Below, piece by piece: positions 1 through 9,323 of a DNA stretch of 64,000 nt; position 1 is the stretch's first letter, and each line of letters opens with the position of its first letter. The notes beneath the pieces are model-generated. The model worked only from the letters and a program-made list of their open reading frames with translations. It was not told where the DNA came from and made no database searches. Position numbers and translations under genes: made by a program. Source of the DNA: an uncultured Gammaproteobacteria bacterium (GTDB lineage: Bacteria; Patescibacteriota; Patescibacteriia; UBA1558; GWA2-36-10); NCBI GenBank assembly GCA_964633905.1, contig CAZWIT010000001.1, positions 65,535-129,534 of the forward strand, given 5' to 3'.

Positions 1-1
1 T

Positions 2-211
2 AAAAAAGAAAAAACCGCAGTTTCAGAAGCCAGAAAGATGAAAGTGCCGGTCATTGCTTTGACTGATACCAATGTTAATCCCGAATTAGTAGATTATGCT
101 ATTCCGGCTAATGATGATGCCGTAAAATCAATTGAAGTTATTACTAATTTAGTAGCTGCTACTATCAAAGAAGCAAAAGCTGCTAGAACTCTTGCTACTC
201 CCACTAAATAA
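2..211 (+). CDS. rpsB: 30S ribosomal protein S2, C-terminal part (runs off window start)
   Basis: Frame 2 reads KEKTAVSEARKMKVPVIALTDTNVNPELVDYAIPANDDAVKSI, the S2 DTN/PANDD motif; directly upstream of tsf. Confidence 0.96.
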   Translation, partial: KKEKTAVSEARKMKVPVIALTDTNVNPELVDYAIPANDDAVKSIEVITNLVAATIKEAKAARTLATPTK

Positions 212-236
212 GATTAACAATCTCAAAAATAAAATT

Positions 237-1013
237 ATGCCAAATTTAGAATTAGTTAAAAAAATTAGAAATATTACCGGTGCCGGCATGTCGGACATTA
301 ACAAGGCTTTAACTGAAGCTGAAGGTGATGAAACTAAGGCGATTGAAATTTTAAGAAAAAGCGGACAAAAGATTGCTGCTAAAAAAGCTGATCGTGCTAT
401 TAATGAAGGAGCGATTGCTTTAGCGCAAGTTGCTAATAAGATTGCTGTAGTTGGGCTTGGTTGTGAAACTGATTTTGTTGCTCAAAACCAAGATTTTATT
501 GATACGGTAAATTCTTTAGCTCAAGAATTAATGCAAACTGGCAAAGAAGCTTTTGTGGAATCGGCTAATCACAAAATTCAAAATGAACTGATTGTTAAGA
601 TTGGTGAAAATTTACAACTGGCTAATTTTGATTTAATTGAAGGCAGTATTTTAGGCAGCTATCTGCACTCTAATAAAAAAGTGGCAGCCGTGGTAGTTTT
701 GGCCAGTGGCAGTGCAGAACTTGCTAAGGACATTGCTATGCATATTGCTGCTATGGCACCAAAATATTTACGTCCCGAAGATGTGCCAGCTGAAATTGTA
801 GCCAAAGAAAAAGAAATCTATACTGAGCAGTTAAAAACGGAAGGCAAGCCAGAAGCCATGTGGGATAAGATTTTGCCTGGAAAACTAGCTAAATTTTATA
901 GCGAAGTTTGTTTATTAAAACAGCCTTATATTAAAGAAGATAAACAAACGATTGAACAATTATTATCTGCTAATAAAGCAGTTCTAGAAAAATATTATTA
1001 TTTCTCATTATAA
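237..1013 (+). CDS. tsf: Translation elongation factor Ts
   Basis: LVKKIRNITGAGMSD, CETDFVA, AKDIAMHIAAM; ATG at 237 preferred over TTG at 192. Confidence 0.97.
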   Translation: MPNLELVKKIRNITGAGMSDINKALTEAEGDETKAIEILRKSGQKIAAKKADRAINEGAIALAQVANKIAVVGLGCETDFVAQNQDFIDTVNSLAQELMQTGKEAFVESANHKIQNELIVKIGENLQLANFDLIEGSILGSYLHSNKKVAAVVVLASGSAELAKDIAMHIAAMAPKYLRPEDVPAEIVAKEKEIYTEQLKTEGKPEAMWDKILPGKLAKFYSEVCLLKQPYIKEDKQTIEQLLSANKAVLEKYYYFSL

Positions 1014-1022
1014 AATAAATTT

Positions 1023-1054
1023 AAAAAACCACTCTGTTTATTAGGGTGGTTTTT
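1023..1054 (+). terminator. Intrinsic terminator after tsf
   Basis: AAAAAACCACTCT..AGGGTGGTTTTT hairpin with T run. Confidence 0.75.
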
Positions 1055-1113
1055 GTTTACCCTTGTTATTATCGATGTTATTTGCCATAATGTTAGTGCT
1101 AAATAACATATAT

Positions 1114-1944
1114 ATGCGCATTGCTAAAATACAATTACATAAACTAGATAAAGACTATTATTTTTTACCAGAATTTTCTACTAATAATGCCCAAGCTCAA
1201 GTTGGGCAGATGGTAGTAGTAAATACTCCTTTAGGTGAGGACATTGGTAAGATTATTTTTATTGGTGAAAATGATAATCAAGATTTAGATCCAAAAGAAG
1301 AATTGAGTTCTTTATTGCGCCCAGCTAGTAGTAAGGAATTGGAGCAGCTGAAAGAGAATGAAAAAAATTATCCTCATTATTTGAAGGTGTGCCGCCAGCT
1401 ACTCGAACAAAGTAAACTCAAAGAAATGAAGTTAATTGAAGTAGCTGAATCTTTTGATTCTAGTCGTTTAACTTTTTATTTTATTGCTAATACCAGAGTA
1501 GATTTTCGAGATTTGGTTAAAGGCTTGGTGTCTAATTTTCATAAAAAAATTAGATTACAGCAGATTGGTGTTAGAGATGCAGCTAAAGCCGAGGGCGATT
1601 TTGGTCCTTGTGGACTTAATCTTTGTTGTCGTTCTTGGTTGCATACCTTGGGCAATGTTAATCCTGACTTAATCAAGAATCAGTCTTTATCACATCGAGG
1701 TTCAGATCGTTTGACTGGTGTTTGTGGTCGCTTGAAGTGCTGCTTGCGCTTTGAAGATGAAAGTGATCGTTGGACAGATGGTAAGGTGCCACAAGTAGGT
1801 GATAATATGAAAATTAAAATTGGTAGTGGTAAAGTGGTAGCTGTTCATCCTGAAAAATTAACAGTTGATTTAGAGATTAATGGCGATATTGTGGAATATC
1901 CTTATACCGAAGGTAATCAATGTAAAGTAGCAAAAAGTAAATAA
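1114..1944 (+). CDS. ricT: PSP1/YaaT (RicT-like) Fe-S regulatory protein
   Basis: FYFIANTRVDFRDLV, LQQIGVRDAAK, GPCGLNLCC, GVCGRLKCCLRFE. Confidence 0.85.
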   Translation: MRIAKIQLHKLDKDYYFLPEFSTNNAQAQVGQMVVVNTPLGEDIGKIIFIGENDNQDLDPKEELSSLLRPASSKELEQLKENEKNYPHYLKVCRQLLEQSKLKEMKLIEVAESFDSSRLTFYFIANTRVDFRDLVKGLVSNFHKKIRLQQIGVRDAAKAEGDFGPCGLNLCCRSWLHTLGNVNPDLIKNQSLSHRGSDRLTGVCGRLKCCLRFEDESDRWTDGKVPQVGDNMKIKIGSGKVVAVHPEKLTVDLEINGDIVEYPYTEGNQCKVAKSK

Positions 1945-1977
1945 ATTTGTTATACTATTAGAGTAAAAATAAAAAAT

Positions 1978-2982
1978 ATGGCAAAAAAAACAATCAAAGT
2001 AGCAATTAATGGTTTTGGTCGCATTGGCCGAGCCGCTTTTAAAATAATGCAAGAATCACGTCGTTATCAGGTAGTAGCGATTAATGACTTAGCACCAGCA
2101 GATACCCTTGCTTATTTATTGAAATACGATACAGTTTATGGCCGTTATGATAAGAAAATTTCCGTAGTAGCAGGTAATATTATTGTTAATGGTAAAAAAT
2201 ATTTAGTAACAGCTATTCCTGAGCCAAAAAAATTACCTTGGAAAAAATTAGGCGTAGATGTAGTTTTAGAATGCACGGGTAGATTTGTCAAAGGCGATGA
2301 AGCCATTGACCATATTAAAGCTGGTGCTAAAAAAGTAATTTTATCTGCTCCAGCTAAAGGCGGTAGCACGGAAACTTTTTTATTGGGAGTTAATGAACAT
2401 AAGTATGCTGGCCAAAAAATAATTTCTAATGCTTCTTGTACTACTAATTGTATCGCACCAGTAGCGCAAATCATGGTTGATAAATTTGGGGTGGAAAAAG
2501 CCATGATGACCACAATTCACTCTTTTACAGCTGATCAAAAATTAGTTGACAGTCCTCACAAAGATGCTCGGCGTGGTCGGACAGCTAGTCAAAATATTGT
2601 GCCAACTTCAACGGGCGCGGCTATTTCTACTGGCCAAGTAATTCCGGAAATGGAAGGTTTATTTGATGGCTTATCAATTAGAGTCCCAACCCCAGTAGTA
2701 TCTTTAGCTGATTTTACTTTTGTTTTGAAAAAAAATGTGACAGCTGAAGAGGTTAACCGAGCTTTAAGTCGGGCGGCTAATATGCCTAGATTTAAAGGTA
2801 TTTTAGGAGTTACCGATGAAGCAGTGGTTTCCTCTGATTTTATTAAAGATTCAAGAAGTTCAATTGTTGATTTATCTCTGACTAAAGTAGTAGGTGGTAA
2901 TATGGTAAAAATTATTGCTTGGTATGATAATGAATGGGCTTATTCTAATCGTTTGGTGGAAATGATTGGGCAAATTCAATAA
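1978..2982 (+). CDS. gap: Type I glyceraldehyde-3-phosphate dehydrogenase
   Basis: INGFGRIGR, SNASCTTNC, WYDNEW. Confidence 0.98.
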   Translation: MAKKTIKVAINGFGRIGRAAFKIMQESRRYQVVAINDLAPADTLAYLLKYDTVYGRYDKKISVVAGNIIVNGKKYLVTAIPEPKKLPWKKLGVDVVLECTGRFVKGDEAIDHIKAGAKKVILSAPAKGGSTETFLLGVNEHKYAGQKIISNASCTTNCIAPVAQIMVDKFGVEKAMMTTIHSFTADQKLVDSPHKDARRGRTASQNIVPTSTGAAISTGQVIPEMEGLFDGLSIRVPTPVVSLADFTFVLKKNVTAEEVNRALSRAANMPRFKGILGVTDEAVVSSDFIKDSRSSIVDLSLTKVVGGNMVKIIAWYDNEWAYSNRLVEMIGQIQ

Positions 2983-2989
2983 AATAAAT

Positions 2990-3015
2990 AAAAATCGCCT
3001 ATTAGGCGATTTTTT
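2990..3015 (+). terminator. Intrinsic terminator after gap
   Basis: AAAAATCGCCT-ATT-AGGCGATTTTT. Confidence 0.8.
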
Positions 3016-3057
3016 GTTATAATTTATTGGTAAGTATTTATTTTAAAATTTTAAATT

Positions 3058-3744
3058 ATGGTAAAAGTTAAAAAAGTAGTGGCTTCTTTACGAGAAATTG
3101 TTTTTGGTTTGGAAGATGGTATGGTATCTACTCTGGGTGCAATCACCGGTATTGGTATTGGCAGTAATAATCATTATGTGATTATTTTGTCTGGCTTGGT
3201 AATTATTTCAGTAGAGTCTGTTTCTATGGCAGTTGGTGCATATCTAGCTAATCGTTCAGTAATCGAAGTAGAAAAAAGAGAAATCAAACAAGAAAAAGAA
3301 GAGGTGAACAGTAAGCCTAGACAGGAGCGTCATGAGCTAGAACATATTTATCGTCAGTTAGGTTGGCCAGCAAAACTAGCTACTGATATGGCGCAAGTGG
3401 CTAGTAAAAATAAGAAATTATTTTTAGAAGAGATGATTAGTCATGAATTGCGTTTGCCTTTGCGCCCTAAAGATCATTCTTTGCTTTCGGCTTTTTTTAT
3501 GTTTATTTCTTATATTTTAGGAGGACTAATACCACTATTTCCTTATTTTTTTTGGTCTAATTATCTAGCGATGTTTTTGTCTATTATTTTTACTATGCTC
3601 GGTTTATTTATGTTAGGAATTTGGACAACTAGAATTACTGGCCAGAGTTGGTGGAAAGTTGGTATGCGCATGATTTTATTAGGGGGAGTAGCCATAATTA
3701 TTGGTTGGTTAGTAGGGCGGTTGTCACCACTAGCCATTGGATGA
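3058..3744 (+). CDS. VIT1/CCC1 family metal transporter
   Basis: VFGLEDGMVST, SMAVGAYL, GGLIPLFPY; five TM segments. Confidence 0.9.
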   Translation: MVKVKKVVASLREIVFGLEDGMVSTLGAITGIGIGSNNHYVIILSGLVIISVESVSMAVGAYLANRSVIEVEKREIKQEKEEVNSKPRQERHELEHIYRQLGWPAKLATDMAQVASKNKKLFLEEMISHELRLPLRPKDHSLLSAFFMFISYILGGLIPLFPYFFWSNYLAMFLSIIFTMLGLFMLGIWTTRITGQSWWKVGMRMILLGGVAIIIGWLVGRLSPLAIG

Positions 3745-3756
3745 TAAGATAAGCCT

Positions 3757-5139
3757 ATGCCAATTTATTTTTATAATAGTTTAAGTAAGAAAAAAGAAGA
3801 GTTTAAGCCCATCAAAAAAGGGCAAGTTGGTTTGTATACTTGCGGACCAACGGTTTATAGTTATCCGCATATTGGTAATTTTGTGCCTTATATTTATTGG
3901 GATGTTTTAAAGCGTTTTTTAATATCACAAAAATATAAAGTTAAGCACATAATGAATATTACTGATGTTGGTCATTTAGTTTCGGATGGTGATGAGGGTG
4001 AAGATAAGATGGAAAAGGCCAAAAAAATAGAGAGTAAAACTGCTTGGGAAATTGCTGATTATTATCTTAATATTTTTGAAAGTGATGCTAATAAATTAAA
4101 TATTTTAGCACCAACTAAAACTTTACGTGCTACCAAAACTATCAAAGAGCAAATAGATTTTGTAAAAATTTTGGATAGTAAAGGATTTTTGTATAAGACT
4201 AGTGATGGTATGTATTTTGATACTAGTAAGATTGATGACTATGGCGTACTGGCTAATTTGCAAAATGTAGATTTACAAGAAGGGGCGCGGGTAGAAAAAA
4301 ATAAAGAGAAAAAAAATCCTACTGATTTTGCGGTATGGAAATTTTCGCCTAAAGACAGTCAACGTGATATGGAGTGGGATAGTCCTTGGGGCAATGGTTT
4401 TCCGGGTTGGCATCTAGAATGTTCGGTTATGAGTCGGATGACTTTGGGCGATACTTTTGATATTCATACGGGTGGTATGGATCATTTGACTGTGCACCAT
4501 CCTAATGAAATGGCGCAATCAGAAGCAGTGACAGGCAAATTGCAAGCCAATTTTTGGTTGCATAATGCTTTTATGAAATTTGATAATCAAAAGATGTCCA
4601 AATCTCTTGGTAATATTATGACTTTAACTAATTTAGAGGCTAAGCAGATTTCACCTTTAGCTTATCGTTTTTTACTTTTGCAAAATAACTATCGTACGCC
4701 TTTAAATTTTTCTTGGGAATCGCTTATGGCTGCTCAGACTGGCTTGATTAATATTATTAAGACAATTGCTTTTTTAGATAAGGCTACTAAGCCCAGTAAA
4801 AAAGTTATGGCCGATTTTTATGAAGCCTTAGCGGATGATTTAAATACTGCTAAAGCTTTAGCAGTATTACAAAGTTTATTAACAAGTTCCGAAAGCAGTG
4901 GTGTAAAATTGGCTACAGTTTTTAAGATGGATGAAGTCTTAGGCTTAGACCTAAAGGAATATCAAAAGCAAGCTTTGCAAATACCAGTACTAGCTAAAGC
5001 TTTGTTAAAGCAAAGAATTTTAGCTAGACAAAATAAAGATTATCAGCAAGCTGACCAGCTTAGAAAAGATTTACAGAGTTTGGGCGTAGAAGTGCAAGAT
5101 ACAAGTAAAGGGCAGCAAGCAATTAATATTAAATTTTAA
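3757..5139 (+). CDS. cysS: Cysteine--tRNA ligase
   Basis: YTCGPTVY, HIGN, PGWHLECS, KMSKS. Confidence 0.98.
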   Translation: MPIYFYNSLSKKKEEFKPIKKGQVGLYTCGPTVYSYPHIGNFVPYIYWDVLKRFLISQKYKVKHIMNITDVGHLVSDGDEGEDKMEKAKKIESKTAWEIADYYLNIFESDANKLNILAPTKTLRATKTIKEQIDFVKILDSKGFLYKTSDGMYFDTSKIDDYGVLANLQNVDLQEGARVEKNKEKKNPTDFAVWKFSPKDSQRDMEWDSPWGNGFPGWHLECSVMSRMTLGDTFDIHTGGMDHLTVHHPNEMAQSEAVTGKLQANFWLHNAFMKFDNQKMSKSLGNIMTLTNLEAKQISPLAYRFLLLQNNYRTPLNFSWESLMAAQTGLINIIKTIAFLDKATKPSKKVMADFYEALADDLNTAKALAVLQSLLTSSESSGVKLATVFKMDEVLGLDLKEYQKQALQIPVLAKALLKQRILARQNKDYQQADQLRKDLQSLGVEVQDTSKGQQAINIKF

Positions 5140-5294
5140 ATAAAAAAAACAGCTCAGCTTTTCCTTAAAAACTGGGCTTTTTTGTGTACAATTTTTATAT
5201 TGACAAAAATTATAGGAGTGCTAGCATATAGGCTTATCTAGCATAAAGGATGCTAAGTTCTTCGGAAGTAGTATCAAGGGGGTATAGGCAATTT

Positions 5295-5370
5295 GCCGCG
5301 CGTAGCTCAGCTGGACAGAGCACTCTCATTACGAAGAGAGAGGTCGGAGGTTCAAGTCCTTCCGCGTGCC
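5295..5370 (+). tRNA. Atypical tRNA-Arg(ACG)-like gene (8-nt anticodon loop, extra base in acceptor strand; possibly pseudo)
   Basis: D arm GCTC-AGCTGGACA-GAGC with A20; anticodon arm CTCTC-ATTACGAA-GAGAG; T arm GGAGG-TTCAAGT-CCTTC; no encoded CCA. Confidence 0.7.
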
Positions 5371-5373
5371 CCC

Positions 5374-5416
5374 GGGCTCGCTGGCGTAAAAAAACGTCAG
5401 CGAGCCCTTTATTTTT
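5374..5416 (+). terminator. GC-rich terminator after the tRNA
   Basis: GGGCTCGCTGGCGT..ACGTCAGCGAGCCC followed by TTTATTTTT. Confidence 0.8.
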
Positions 5417-5504
5417 GACAAAAATTTTTAATTATGTTAATTTTGCTTGTCGATTGTTATTTGTAAATTCCTTACTATTAGTCTCAAAACAAGGGAGGGT
5501 AAGC

Positions 5505-5876
5505 ATGTCTTTTGAATTGAAGATGGGCTTGTTTACATTAGCCATACTACTATTTACCTTAGGTTTATTGGTAATTTTGCGTATTAAATATCGGCGCGAT
5601 CGGCGTCCTTTTCGGGCGCGCCAAAGAGCAATGACTTTTACTTCTGCAACTTGGAAAATCTATGAAATCAAGATTTCTAGGATTTTTATTACAGCGACGA
5701 TTCGCTTGGCACATAATCCTAGTTTGCGTTGTGAAGAGTTGGAGTTTGCTTTGGATCATCCTGATACTAAGCTTTTGCGGCAAAAGATGGCTTTAGAACT
5801 AATTAATTTTACACATACCGATGAGGCAGTAAGTAAGGATTTATCCAAGCGCAGTAGCTATCTGCGCGTAGCTTGA
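5505..5876 (+). CDS. Hypothetical protein with N-terminal TM anchor (SD-led orphan)
   Basis: AGGGAGGGT before ATG 5505; the longer 5250 start would overlap the tRNA; hairpin-terminator at about 5897-5922. Confidence 0.65.
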   Translation: MSFELKMGLFTLAILLFTLGLLVILRIKYRRDRRPFRARQRAMTFTSATWKIYEIKISRIFITATIRLAHNPSLRCEELEFALDHPDTKLLRQKMALELINFTHTDEAVSKDLSKRSSYLRVA

Positions 5877-6006
5877 TTGTTACTCAATTTTTTGGACCCT
5901 AGTGGTAGTGCTAGGGTTTTTTATTTTAGCTAATATATTTTGACTGAAAAAATATTTTGTAGTATTATTCACATAATATCAAACAAAATCTTATTATCAA
6001 CAAGTT

Positions 6007-7050
6007 ATGTCAAAACAAGAAAATTCAGCAAAAAAGGAGCGTATTTTAACTGGCATGCGACCAACTGGCAGTCTGCACCTGGGACATTATGTTGGCGCTT
6101 TAGAAAATTGGATTAAATTGCAGAATGAGTATGACTGTCATTTTTTGATTGCTGATTATCAAGCCTTTGGTGATTATGCGGATAATATTTCTAAAATCAG
6201 AGATTCGGTTATCCAAGTAACAATAGATTGGTTGTCAGTTGGTTTGGATCCAAATAAAAATACTTTTGTTATTCAAAGCTATGTGCCAGAACACGCAGAG
6301 CTAGCCATGCTTTTGAGTATGATTACTCCTAGGGTATTAATTGATCGTAATCCAACTTTAAAAGACGAATCAGCTTTACAAAAAGATATTTCTTTAGGTT
6401 TTTATAATTATCCGGCTAGCCAAGCGGCTGATATACTTTTACCAAAAGCAAATTTAGTGCCAGTAGGCGAGGATCAGTTGCCTCACATTGAGCTTACTCG
6501 GGAAATTGCTAGAAGATTTAATCGTATGTACGGCGAAATTTTTCCTTTGCCCAAAGCTTTAGTAGGTAGGGTGCCGCGTTTAATAGGGATTGATGGTAAG
6601 GCTAAGATGAGTAAGAGTTTGGGTAATTGTATTTATTTGTCAGATAGTGCTGATTTGGTCGAGAAAAAAGTCAAAAAAATGTACACTGATCCAACTAGAC
6701 TTAAAGCCACTGATCCAGGTCATATTGAGGGTAATGTAGTTTTTACTTATTTAGACGCTTTTTATCATGACAAAACAGAGCTTGATAATTTAAAGAAAGA
6801 ATATCGGGCTGGTAAGCTAGGCGATGCTCAAGTAAAGAGTCTTTTGACAGGAATATTAAATAATTTTTTGGAGCCAATTAGAGAAAAAAGAGCTTTTTAT
6901 CAAGCTCATCCAGAAATGATTAAAGATGCCTTAATTGAAGGTACGCAAAAAAATAAAAAATTAGCAGCAACTACCATGGCCGAAGTTAAAGAAGCTATGA
7001 AAATAACAGCTTACGAAGACATTAAAAATATTAAAAAAATAATTTTATAA
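6007..7050 (+). CDS. trpS: Tryptophan--tRNA ligase (copy 1, no SD site)
   Basis: TGMRPTGSLHLGH, QAADIL, VPVGEDQ, KMSKS. Confidence 0.96.
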   Translation: MSKQENSAKKERILTGMRPTGSLHLGHYVGALENWIKLQNEYDCHFLIADYQAFGDYADNISKIRDSVIQVTIDWLSVGLDPNKNTFVIQSYVPEHAELAMLLSMITPRVLIDRNPTLKDESALQKDISLGFYNYPASQAADILLPKANLVPVGEDQLPHIELTREIARRFNRMYGEIFPLPKALVGRVPRLIGIDGKAKMSKSLGNCIYLSDSADLVEKKVKKMYTDPTRLKATDPGHIEGNVVFTYLDAFYHDKTELDNLKKEYRAGKLGDAQVKSLLTGILNNFLEPIREKRAFYQAHPEMIKDALIEGTQKNKKLAATTMAEVKEAMKITAYEDIKNIKKIIL

Positions 7051-7056
7051 ATTATA

Positions 7057-7101
7057 AAAAGAGTCCACCTCCGCCGTTTGGCGGATGGCGGACTCTTTTT
7101 T
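7057..7101 (+). terminator. Terminator after trpS with a TCCGCC-N4-GGCGGA palindrome in its loop
   Basis: AAAAGAGTCCACC-TCCGCCGTTTGGCGGA-TGGCGGACTCTTTTT. Confidence 0.7.
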
Positions 7102-7213
7102 GGTTGACATTATTGTCTATTTTTTATAATCTATATTTAGTTTTATATGATCTTTAACATATATATATTTTGTTTTTTGTGGGGCTGGCACAAAAGAGAA
7201 AGGTAGGTGCTCC

Positions 7214-8356
7214 ATGGTTGGTGTAGATAGAGAAAGGTTAATTAATTTATTTTTTGATCTAGTTAGGATAAAAAGTCCTTCTGGCGAAGAGAGGGAGTTA
7301 GCTGTATTTATTTCAAATCTGTTGGAGCAATTGGATTTTTCGGTTACCAGTGATGCTTATGGGAATATTGTAGCCAAGCTTGCAGGCATTGGCGAGTCAA
7401 TAGTATTGTGTAGTCACATGGATACTGTGCCTATTGGTGGTGATTTTATTAGGCCGCAGATTGTTGATGGAAATAAGATTACTAGTGATGGTAATACTAT
7501 TTTAGGTGCGGATAACAAAGACTCGATAGCTGCTATTTTTGAAAGTATTTTTTTGGCTAGAGAAAATAAGTTATCTCATAGGCCAATAGAGCTAGTTTTT
7601 ACTAGGCAGGAAGAGTTGATTTCTCTTGGTGCTAAACAGCTAGATATGTCACTTATTTCTGGAAAGAATTGTATTATTTCAGATAATGCCGCGCCCTATG
7701 GCTTGATTACTTTAGGTGCGCCATATAATTATAGATTTAATATTGTGATCAATGGTAAGCGTTCTCATGTTAAAGAGCCAGAGCGTGGGGTTGATGTTTT
7801 TAAGATTTTGGCTAGGGCGATCGCTGTAGAAGGGTTACCCTTGGGCAGAATTGATGATTGGACTACTTCTAATTTAGCTCAGGGCTTTCTTGGTTTGGAT
7901 GGAGAGATAACTAAGGCAGATTTGAAGGTAGAAAATTTGTCAGACTATCCTAGAAATACTGTGCCAGACATTTGTTGCCTATTTGGAGAATTAAGAAGTT
8001 TAAAAGTTGAATCTTTGAAATTAGCTACAGATAATATTCGTATAGCCTTAGAAAAAGCAACAGCTTTTTATGGTGGCACCATTGATTTCCAGATTAATTC
8101 CGTAGCTGACGGATATTTGTATGATAAAGAAGATCCTCTAGTTGTTGAGATTGTATCCATTTTTAAAGATCAAAATATCGAGCCTCGATTTTTTGAATCA
8201 GTTGGCGGATCTGATGCCAATGTTTTAATTCATAAAGGCCTTAAGACCGTAGTCATTAGTTCGGCACATAGAGATAACCACAAAAAGACAGAATTTGTTT
8301 TGATAGATGAACTTGTATTGTTAGCAGATTTTTATTTGCGCGTAATATGCTCTTAA
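7214..8356 (+). CDS. M20/M25/M40 metallopeptidase (peptidase T-like)
   Basis: SHMDTV, LGADNK, QEE, GGSDAN, H-x-x-x-E at C terminus. Confidence 0.88.
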   Translation: MVGVDRERLINLFFDLVRIKSPSGEERELAVFISNLLEQLDFSVTSDAYGNIVAKLAGIGESIVLCSHMDTVPIGGDFIRPQIVDGNKITSDGNTILGADNKDSIAAIFESIFLARENKLSHRPIELVFTRQEELISLGAKQLDMSLISGKNCIISDNAAPYGLITLGAPYNYRFNIVINGKRSHVKEPERGVDVFKILARAIAVEGLPLGRIDDWTTSNLAQGFLGLDGEITKADLKVENLSDYPRNTVPDICCLFGELRSLKVESLKLATDNIRIALEKATAFYGGTIDFQINSVADGYLYDKEDPLVVEIVSIFKDQNIEPRFFESVGGSDANVLIHKGLKTVVISSAHRDNHKKTEFVLIDELVLLADFYLRVICS

Positions 8357-8413
8357 CAATATAATTAAGCTATTTTTTGAAAAACCGATGTGATATCACA
8401 TCGGTTATTATAT

Positions 8414-9226
8414 TTAAGTAATTTTATTAATTATTTTTTTTACTTTATTTTTGGAAATTCTTTGTTGCCAGCCTTTGACGTTGATTTCATTATTTTTATT
8501 ATTACCTTCTTTTAGAGAAGTGCTGACAATAACTCCATTAGCATATTGTAATAATGTTTTAATATTTTTATGGTCAGCTCCGCTACCGATAAATATTGGG
8601 AAATTACCAACGCTATTTCTTAATTTTTTTAACTCATCAAGATTAGGCGCTTGGCCAGTCCAATTGCCAGTAATAATTAAAGCATCAGAGCCGCTCTTAA
8701 TTGCCATTTTTGCAGATTGATATAAATTGTATTTTGATAATATTTTTGAGTGCTTAACGTGAATATCGGTAAAAAGTAAAATATTATTTGCTTTTAATTG
8801 TTGGCGGTATTTAACAGCTTGTTTATATACAGGCTCAACTAAACCGCAACTGGTACGAACTTTATCTACAAATACAGGTATTCTAATAAATTTTAAATCT
8901 AAAGTTTTGGCAATGCTTAAGCTTGTTTTATAGTCATTCCACAGGGTGCTAATGCCGATTGGTAATGTGCTTTGTTTTTTAATTTTTTCTCCTAAATAAG
9001 TCATGGCGACAATAGTTTCAGGGTTTACCATTATTTGGTGGGGGATATCGTAATTATTTTCAAAAATAACAGCATCAACTCCACCATCACTAAAGGCTTT
9101 AAGATCACTTAAGGCATTCTGGCTAGCGATTTTAAAACCAGGGAAATCAGGATAAGCTAAAAGTGGGGGAAAATGCAGAGCCCCAATGATAATATTTTTA
9201 TTTTTTTTGAATATTTTTTTTAACAT
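8414..9226 (-). CDS. BtpA/SgcQ family TIM-barrel protein
   Basis: IIGALHFPPL, ENNYDIP, DIHVKH, IITGNWTG, IGSG. Confidence 0.9.
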   Translation of the reverse strand: MLKKIFKKNKNIIIGALHFPPLLAYPDFPGFKIASQNALSDLKAFSDGGVDAVIFENNYDIPHQIMVNPETIVAMTYLGEKIKKQSTLPIGISTLWNDYKTSLSIAKTLDLKFIRIPVFVDKVRTSCGLVEPVYKQAVKYRQQLKANNILLFTDIHVKHSKILSKYNLYQSAKMAIKSGSDALIITGNWTGQAPNLDELKKLRNSVGNFPIFIGSGADHKNIKTLLQYANGVIVSTSLKEGNNKNNEINVKGWQQRISKNKVKKIINKIT

Positions 9227-9276
9227 AATTTATTATTTATAATAATAGCATAAAATTTAAAATGTATATATATTTA

Positions 9277-9312
9277 AATGCGCTAGGCAAGTGTGAACTT
9301 GCCTAGCGCATT
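9277..9312 (-). terminator. Perfect 16-bp hairpin downstream of the TrpD-like gene
   Basis: AATGCGCTAGGCAAGT-GTGA-ACTTGCCTAGCGCATT. Confidence 0.7.
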
Positions 9313-9323
9313 GTATCACAATC

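Noticed and set aside
5250-5504. N-terminal extension of the 5250..5876 ORF
   Set aside because: It runs through the tRNA and its terminator; the SD-led ATG at 5505 is the plausible start
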